Assembly (NCBI GenBank): GCA_034190625.1
Contig: JAXHSX010000039.1
Coordinates: forward strand, 1 to 31,477
Direction of reading: 5' to 3'
Source: Chloroflexota bacterium
GTDB taxonomy: Bacteria; Chloroflexota; Dehalococcoidia; GIF9; AB-539-J10
Length of the DNA: 31,477 nucleotides
In this document: positions 25,508-31,477 of the stretch, piece by piece
Position numbering within the stretch: the first letter of the stretch is position 1
Layout of the letters: every line of letters begins with the position of its first letter
Made by a program: the position numbers and the translations under genes
The notes under the pieces: generated by a model
What the model was told of the DNA's origin: nothing
Database searches by the model: none
Seen by the model: the letters and a program-made list of their open reading frames with translations, nothing else

Positions 25508-26668
25508 TTAGTCTCCCATAGCGTTTGCTACCAAACTTACCAAATCCATGACCTCAATCTCTGGCATTGACCGCTTTAGGTCTCCTTTATCCACCATGGC
25601 ACACCTGAAATGAGTCTGACATTTAGGACAAGAAGTTATAAGTGTCTCTGCTCCTGTTGCCTTGGCCTCAGATAGTCTTTGCATCCTTATCATATTGGAA
25701 CAGGAGTCACAATTTGTCCAAGCGCTGGTACCACAGCAAATAGATTCTTCCTTAATATATGGCATTTCCACTAATTCTATGCCAGGAATAGATTCGAGTA
25801 CTTTTCGCGGCGCGTCATAAACACCCAAGTGCCTCCCCAACCTACAGGGATCCTGATAGGTCACCTTCTTTTCGATCTCTTTAAATTTCAGCCCGTCTTT
25901 CTCTATCTTCTCCGCTAGAAATTCGGAAATATGCTGTACTTCACAACCCAAATCAACGTAATTGGGATAGTCTAGCTTGAATGTTCGATAACCCTCGGGG
26001 CAGGAAAAAACGATTTTCTTGATCCCTGCTTCCTTGATTTGCGCCGCATTATATTCGGCTAGTTTCTTAAATGTTACTATGTCACCGGTCCAGAGTGCAT
26101 CATGTCCGCAGCATTTTTCGTTTGGAAGCAATTTAGGCTCTATACCCAAGAGGTTTAAAATTTTTAGGCTTGCCTTGGTGATATCAAGAGCACTAAATTC
26201 AATATCCTCAAAGATAGGTTCGAAATATGGAGCACATCCGACCCAGAAAAGAACGTCGCTTGTATCAGAAATGCGATATAGAGCAGAACCATCAATCCCT
26301 TTTAGCCATTCCAACCTACTTTGTTTAATTTCAGGGCTTGCCATAAGTCGTGCCAAAGATTGTAATTGTCCTGCGTGAGCACAGATTCCATGCTGTCCAT
26401 TATTTTGGGCAATACCTCTCGCTTTCTGAATAAATACAGGAAAATCAACGTCACTGGGGCACCTGAGCGAGCATGTGTAGCAAGTCAGACAGGAAAAAAG
26501 TTTCTGATTGAAGGTTAACTCATCCTCGAATCCCAAAAGAGCGTTTTCAATCATCCTCCGAGGAGAAAAGGAAGGATCATATTTGGCGACGGGACATACA
26601 CTGGTACACTTGCCACACTCCAGGCAATAGTGGGTATTAGTTTCTTGAATAATATCCTCTAAATTCAC
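25508..26668 (-). CDS. HdrD-like Fe-S oxidoreductase (HdrC-like ferredoxin + two CCG domains; 386 aa)
   Basis: CLECGKCTSVCP, CLTCYTCSLRCP, EKCCGH, DPCRLGRH, ICCGT, SCPKC; GTGA coupled to mvhD. Confidence 0.88.
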   Translation of the reverse strand: MNLEDIIQETNTHYCLECGKCTSVCPVAKYDPSFSPRRMIENALLGFEDELTFNQKLFSCLTCYTCSLRCPSDVDFPVFIQKARGIAQNNGQHGICAHAGQLQSLARLMASPEIKQSRLEWLKGIDGSALYRISDTSDVLFWVGCAPYFEPIFEDIEFSALDITKASLKILNLLGIEPKLLPNEKCCGHDALWTGDIVTFKKLAEYNAAQIKEAGIKKIVFSCPEGYRTFKLDYPNYVDLGCEVQHISEFLAEKIEKDGLKFKEIEKKVTYQDPCRLGRHLGVYDAPRKVLESIPGIELVEMPYIKEESICCGTSAWTNCDSCSNMIRMQRLSEAKATGAETLITSCPKCQTHFRCAMVDKGDLKRSMPEIEVMDLVSLVANAMGD

Positions 26669-27093
26669 GCTACGGCCTCCGTTTTAGCTTTGAAGGGTGA
26701 AGGTCCTAATTTCTTGAGTTGATTGACAGATTCCTCAACTATCCTGGCGAATACCGTTCCTTCGGAGGTGGCTATCATTTCGCGTCTTAGCCGCTCATCC
26801 TCTAAACCAAGGACATGAACCAGCCTCTTTAATTTTGCATACATAGCATCGCACTTCACCGGTCCATCAACATAATGGCAATCGGTATACTTACACCCGG
26901 AGACTATGACTCCGTCGGCACCATTCTCAAAAGCTCTAAGAACATATTCAGGACTTACCATCGCGCTGCACATTACCCTCGCAATGAAGACATTAGAAGG
27001 GTATTGGACTCTACTTGTTCCAGCCAAATCGGCTGCAGCATAAGTACACCAATTGCAGCAGAAAGCGACAATCTGTGGTTCGAACTCAGGCAT
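26665..27093 (-). CDS. mvhD: MvhD/FlpD [2Fe-2S] subunit (about 142 aa)
   Basis: CCNWCTYAAADLAG, MCSAMV, GCKYTDCHY. Start trimmed to ATG 27093 (GGAGG RBS, overlaps the hdrL stop). Confidence 0.92.
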   Translation of the reverse strand: MPEFEPQIVAFCCNWCTYAAADLAGTSRVQYPSNVFIARVMCSAMVSPEYVLRAFENGADGVIVSGCKYTDCHYVDGPVKCDAMYAKLKRLVHVLGLEDERLRREMIATSEGTVFARIVEESVNQLKKLGPSPFKAKTEAVA

Positions 27094-30000
27094 GTTGCAC
27101 CTCCAATAAGCCATCAATTAAACTATCTAGTTCCTGTTTGGTGAAATGCCTAACTGATATTGCTCCTGTGGGGCAGACAACAGCGCAGGCTCCGCATCCT
27201 TTGCATAAGGCTTCATTTATGTTGGAAACCACGGTTCCATTATTGCTGATGATAGTAGGAGCATGGAAAATGCAGATCTCCTCACAGCGCCCGCATCCGT
27301 GGCAGATAGTTTCATCCACGTGGGCTACGGTTGCCAAGGTCGTGACCATGCCTTTGCTTATTAGCGACAAAGCCTTAGATGCTGCTGCCGAGGCCTGAGC
27401 CACGGTGTCAGGGACATCCCTTGGCCCCACGCAGCACCCGGCTATGAAAACCCCATCTGTGGGCGTGTTTACTGGGGCAAGCTTGGGATGGGTTTCCAGA
27501 AAGAATCTGTCAGCTCTTTGACCTATAGTAAAGAGACTGGCAACATCACTTGCGTCAGACCGAGCTTCTAGAGCAGCACAGAGAATGACCATGTCTGCCG
27601 GGACACGGATCATCTTTCCTAGTAATGTATCCTCAGCCACGACAACTAGTTTCCCCTGTTCCTCTTCACTTGTCGTTTGATCTGTTACTGTAGCTACCTT
27701 GCCCCTTATGAAATTAACTCCCTCCTCAGAGCAACGTTTGTAAAATTCCTCGTAAGCCTCTCCAAAACAACGCATGTCGATATAAAATTCATATACTTCA
27801 GCCTTGGTAAACTCTTTTATCAGGTGGGCGTACTTGAGTCCATACATGCAGCAAACTCGCGAGCAATATTCGTGATAATTCTTATCACGGCTGCCGACGC
27901 AGTGTACTATAGCCACACTCTCTGGTTCTCGACCATCCTTGAGTTGAATCTTTCCTGCAGTTGGCCCTCCAGCACAGGTTATCCTTTCAAATTCGAGCCC
28001 AGTCAGGACATTATCGTATTTTTTATACCCATATTGAGGTATAACACTGGGATCGAATTGATCATATCCAGTAGCCAGAATTATCGAGCCTATTTCGACT
28101 TCAACAAGATCATCCCCCATATTGTGATTAATCGCCTTTTGATCACAAACCCTAACACATTCCAAACATTCTGAGCATACGCCGCAGTTGAGACAACGCT
28201 TGGCTTCCTCAATTGCTGTTTTTTCATCGAAGACCTGTTCAACCTCAGTAAACGAGCCTTTTCTCTCTTTGAGATTGAGTATCGGTGTGCTAGCCCTTGC
28301 TTTTGACTTGACTCCTTCTTTTGACACCTGCTCTACCTTTTTGGGTGTTGTTTGTCTTTCCTCTGTAAGGCTAACTCCGCTTATATAGCGATCGATAGAA
28401 ATGGCTGCTTCCTTACCCGCAGCAACGGCTGTAACAACATCCGCAGGGCCGGAGACAACATCGCCGCCGGCAAAGACGCCATCGATATTCGTTTGAAGAC
28501 TAACAGGGTTGACCTCGAGCGTACCCCAGCCGGTATAAGCAAGTTCTTTCGGCAAAGCTTCTTTATTCACAGTCTGGCCAATAGCAATGATGACATTATC
28601 AACATTGATGGTGAATTCGGATCCCTTAACAGGTGAGGGGCGTCGGCGGCCACTGACATCTGCTTCGCCTAACTCCATCTTAATACATTCTATGGCGGAC
28701 AATTCATTATCTTTGGAGAGGATTTTAGCTGGCGCTGCTAGGAAGTGGAATTTGATTCCTTCCTCCTCAGCTTCCTCAATTTCTGTTCTTATAGCGGGCA
28801 TTTCAGCTTGAGAACGGCGATAAACGATGGTAACCTCTTTTGCCCCAAGGCGCCATGATGCCCGAGCAGCATCAACAGCAGCATTGCCACCACCAATAAC
28901 TGCCACTCGACGGTCCACCAGGGTAGGTTTCGTTTCAGAGTTCACCAACTTGAGAAAGTCCAGGGCATAGATTACTCCGCTGGTATCCTCGCCGGGGATC
29001 CCCATTTTTTGACTTGCCTCCGCACCAAACGCCAGGAAAATTGCCTTATATCCCTGCTCGAAAATGTCGCCGAGGTCTTTCACTAGTGTGCTTGTCTTGA
29101 TCTCCACTCCCAGTTCTTGTACATAACTTATATCATTATCCACTATTTCTGTGGGTAACCTGTATTCAGGGATGCCGTATCTCAGGAGACCACCTGCTTG
29201 AGGCAAAGCTTCAAACACAGTAACGGCGTAACCTTCTCTAACTAGATCGTAAGCACATGAAAGCCCAGCAGGGCCGGAACCAATAATGGCTACTTTTTCG
29301 TCTTTTGTCTTCTCAATGGGAGTTACTTTCTCTCTTCCCACCCTTAATTCGTAGTCAGCCACAAATCGCTTTAGAGCACGGATGGCAATGGCTTCGTCGA
29401 ATACCCTTCTCTCGCAGTCGAGTTCGCAGGGATGAGTGCAGACACGCCCAAGAACTCCAGCAAAGGGCATGGTTCTTCTAACTACTTCCAGAGCCTCTTT
29501 GAACTTGCCCTGCGAAATGAGGGCGACGTAACCTTGAGGATTAACCCCTGCAGGACATGCAATACGACATGGGGAAGTGCCTTTTTTATCAATAGCAAAA
29601 GCGGCAGGGACTGCTTGGGGGAGAGGGAGGTAAGCCGCTTTTCTCATATGCAGGCCCATTTCAAACTCGTCAGGTACCTCAACGGGACATACCTTGGCGC
29701 ATTCCCCACACGAATTGCACAGGTCGATGTCAATGTACCTGGGCTTTTGTCTCACTTTAGCTTTAAAATTGCCGAGAAACCCCGTAACATCTTCGACTTC
29801 ACTTAAGGTCATTAATTCGATATAAGGATGGTGACCAACATCGGTCATCTTTGGGGTTTGGATACATTCTGCACAGTCTAAAGTGGGAAAAGTTCTATCA
29901 AGCTGTATCATATGTCCACCAACGGATGGACTACGTTCCACCAGGTAAACCTTCTTTTCTCCATCAGCGATATCCAAAGCAGCCTGGATGCCAGCGATGC

Positions 30001-30454
30001 CTGCACCTACAATTAAGACATTAGGATTAACTGGCACATTCTTAGTCTCCAGAGGGTCAGCATAATAGACGCGACTTACCGCAGCGCGCACAAGAGCTTT
30101 GGCTTTCTCTGTGGCCAACTTCCTGTCTGTGGCATGAGGCCATGAACACTGCTCCCTGATATTGGCTTGAACGTATAAATAAGGATTCAACCCACCGTCC
30201 TGACAGGTTTTTCGGAATGTAAGCTCATGCATCCTTGGGGAGCAGGAAGCAACGACTACTCTGTTAATTCCCAACTCCTTGATATCCTTTTTGATAAGGT
30301 CCTGCCCCGGATCAGAGCACACATATTTATAATCGCGAGAAATCACTACATGAGGCAAGGTGCCAGCATATTTGGCTACCTCTACAGAGTCCAAGGTGCC
30401 GGCGATATTTAATCCACACCAGCAAACATAAACACCAATCTTTACCTCTTCCAT
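27086..30454 (-). CDS. hdrA: HdrL: full-length HdrA with an inserted GltD/NfnB-like NAD(P)H module (1122 aa)
   Basis: YVCWCG, ASCSPRMHE, GAGIAG, LDRTFPTLDC, GltD module (GSGPAG, GGGNAA, YRRS), LEFER, CSRVCCMYGLK, C-terminal 2x[4Fe-4S]. Confidence 0.93.
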   Translation of the reverse strand: MEEVKIGVYVCWCGLNIAGTLDSVEVAKYAGTLPHVVISRDYKYVCSDPGQDLIKKDIKELGINRVVVASCSPRMHELTFRKTCQDGGLNPYLYVQANIREQCSWPHATDRKLATEKAKALVRAAVSRVYYADPLETKNVPVNPNVLIVGAGIAGIQAALDIADGEKKVYLVERSPSVGGHMIQLDRTFPTLDCAECIQTPKMTDVGHHPYIELMTLSEVEDVTGFLGNFKAKVRQKPRYIDIDLCNSCGECAKVCPVEVPDEFEMGLHMRKAAYLPLPQAVPAAFAIDKKGTSPCRIACPAGVNPQGYVALISQGKFKEALEVVRRTMPFAGVLGRVCTHPCELDCERRVFDEAIAIRALKRFVADYELRVGREKVTPIEKTKDEKVAIIGSGPAGLSCAYDLVREGYAVTVFEALPQAGGLLRYGIPEYRLPTEIVDNDISYVQELGVEIKTSTLVKDLGDIFEQGYKAIFLAFGAEASQKMGIPGEDTSGVIYALDFLKLVNSETKPTLVDRRVAVIGGGNAAVDAARASWRLGAKEVTIVYRRSQAEMPAIRTEIEEAEEEGIKFHFLAAPAKILSKDNELSAIECIKMELGEADVSGRRRPSPVKGSEFTINVDNVIIAIGQTVNKEALPKELAYTGWGTLEVNPVSLQTNIDGVFAGGDVVSGPADVVTAVAAGKEAAISIDRYISGVSLTEERQTTPKKVEQVSKEGVKSKARASTPILNLKERKGSFTEVEQVFDEKTAIEEAKRCLNCGVCSECLECVRVCDQKAINHNMGDDLVEVEIGSIILATGYDQFDPSVIPQYGYKKYDNVLTGLEFERITCAGGPTAGKIQLKDGREPESVAIVHCVGSRDKNYHEYCSRVCCMYGLKYAHLIKEFTKAEVYEFYIDMRCFGEAYEEFYKRCSEEGVNFIRGKVATVTDQTTSEEEQGKLVVVAEDTLLGKMIRVPADMVILCAALEARSDASDVASLFTIGQRADRFFLETHPKLAPVNTPTDGVFIAGCCVGPRDVPDTVAQASAAASKALSLISKGMVTTLATVAHVDETICHGCGRCEEICIFHAPTIISNNGTVVSNINEALCKGCGACAVVCPTGAISVRHFTKQELDSLIDGLLEVQHA

Positions 30455-30472
30455 TTTTAACTCTCCATTATA

Positions 30473-31477
30473 TTACATTGCTTCAGCGACGAGCTCAGAT
30501 ATATCCTTCAGTTGAAGAACTTCTCCTTTGCCCATGCTGAGTATACTATCCCGATAATTAAGGAAGCAGTAGGGGCAAGCCACAGCTATTATATCGGCGC
30601 CCTTTTCGAGAGCTTGCTCTACTCTTATGTTGGAAAATCTTTCCTCCTTTGGGGTATCCATCCAGATTCTACCGCCGCCTCCGCCACAACAAAGAGCTTC
30701 CTCGTGAGAATCGGGAAATTCTATCAATTCCAAGCCGGGAATACCTTGTAATACCTTTCTTGGTTCATCATATATGTCATTGTGTCGCCCCAAATAACAG
30801 GGGTCGGAATAGATTACCTTTTTATTTATCTCATTAGAAAAATTTAACTTTCCATGGTCGATAAGGGAGGCTAAATATTGTGTGATGTGAATCACCTGGA
30901 ATTCACCCCCGAGTTCAGGATACTCATTCTTAAAGGTATGGTAACAATGTGGTGAGGAGACTATTACAGTCTTGACATCGTTGCTGCTGAAAGCAGTGAT
31001 GTTGCTTTGAGCCAGGCTTTGGAAAGTCTCCTCATACCCCGCCTTTCTAACTGCTTCACCACAACATTTCTCCTCACTGCCTAGAATACCAAAATTAGCT
31101 CCAAGCTTATTGAGGATAGTAGCAACAGACCTAGCTACTGTTTTTACATCAGGATCATAAGCGGGAATACAGCAGGGGAAGTAAAGTAGCTCAGTACCAG
31201 AAGCAAATTTATTCACTCCCAGCTCTTTAGCCCAATCACCTCTCTCTCCCGGTTCCTTGCCCAGTGGATTACCCACACCGGCAATATTCTTAGCTGAGAT
31301 TCGGAGAGCATCAGGGACAACACCAATGCCCAAACTAACTATAGCACGGCGTATGGCTCTCATGACATCAATTATCTCTACACCACGGGGACATCGCTGA
31401 ACACAATTCCCACAGGTGGCGCAAGTCCACATCTCCTCGCTCCCGAAATCAGTCACCCCAAGCTGGGACTCATGCAT
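30473..31477 (-). CDS. HdrD-like Fe-S oxidoreductase, 5' end outside the window
   Basis: CATCGNCVQRCP, EKCCGE, DPCYLGRHN, LCCGGGGG, ACPYC. The frame is open to the window edge, so the ATG at 31477 is probably internal. Confidence 0.85.
   Translation of the reverse strand: MHESQLGVTDFGSEEMWTCATCGNCVQRCPRGVEIIDVMRAIRRAIVSLGIGVVPDALRISAKNIAGVGNPLGKEPGERGDWAKELGVNKFASGTELLYFPCCIPAYDPDVKTVARSVATILNKLGANFGILGSEEKCCGEAVRKAGYEETFQSLAQSNITAFSSNDVKTVIVSSPHCYHTFKNEYPELGGEFQVIHITQYLASLIDHGKLNFSNEINKKVIYSDPCYLGRHNDIYDEPRKVLQGIPGLELIEFPDSHEEALCCGGGGGRIWMDTPKEERFSNIRVEQALEKGADIIAVACPYCFLNYRDSILSMGKGEVLQLKDISELVAEAM

Noticed and set aside
2603-27117. Long N-terminal extensions in the ORF track (D2, C2, antiporter, MvhA, MvhG, both MvhD, ArsR)
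   Set aside because: They overlap upstream genes or promoters. Downstream starts have RBSs and match family N-termini, so coordinates were trimmed.
16770-30454. Selenocysteine recoding in MvhA, MvhD or HdrA
   Set aside because: All usual Sec positions carry Cys, and no in-frame TGA interrupts a homologous domain.
667-30837. All plus-strand ORFs in the six-frame track, and short nested minus-strand ORFs (e.g. 8884..9126, 10718..10987)
   Set aside because: They are shadows of well-supported minus-strand genes, with no recognisable motifs or RBSs.
1-31477. CRISPR arrays, tRNA/rRNA genes, IS elements or integrases
   Set aside because: None recognised by eye. The only long DNA repeat found is the metV duplication.

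Overview
All recognisable genes in this window are on the minus strand. Together they form a dense anaerobic energy-conservation island, probably bacterial: there are two near-consensus sigma70 promoters and GGAG-type ribosome-binding sites (RBSs). In transcription order (high to low coordinates) there are three blocks. (1) A flavin-based electron-bifurcation block: an HdrD-like gene cut by the window edge, HdrL (HdrA with an inserted GltD/NfnB-like module), MvhD, a second HdrD-like gene, a complementary pair of partial HdrA proteins, and metV with no adjacent metF. (2) A block led by an ArsR gene whose promoter overlaps a perfect 14-bp inverted repeat: MvhDGA (group 3c [NiFe] hydrogenase), a GltD-like flavoprotein, a tandem ferredoxin/MvhD-like protein, a truncated near-identical copy of the metV 5' end, a maturation protease and a Nudix hydrolase. 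(3) A complex I/Mbh/Mbs-like membrane operon with one membrane arm but two complete peripheral B-C-D-I modules. The first module is a true group 4 [NiFe] hydrogenase with HycI. The second lacks the Ni ligands, resembles Mbs/Mbx and has an atypical 3-Cys NuoB-like subunit. A transglutaminase-like gene and the single nuoH follow. This two-headed membrane complex is the strongest candidate for an undescribed system. No tRNA, rRNA, CRISPR array or transposase was seen. Family assignments come from motifs read by eye and comparisons recalled from memory, not from database searches.
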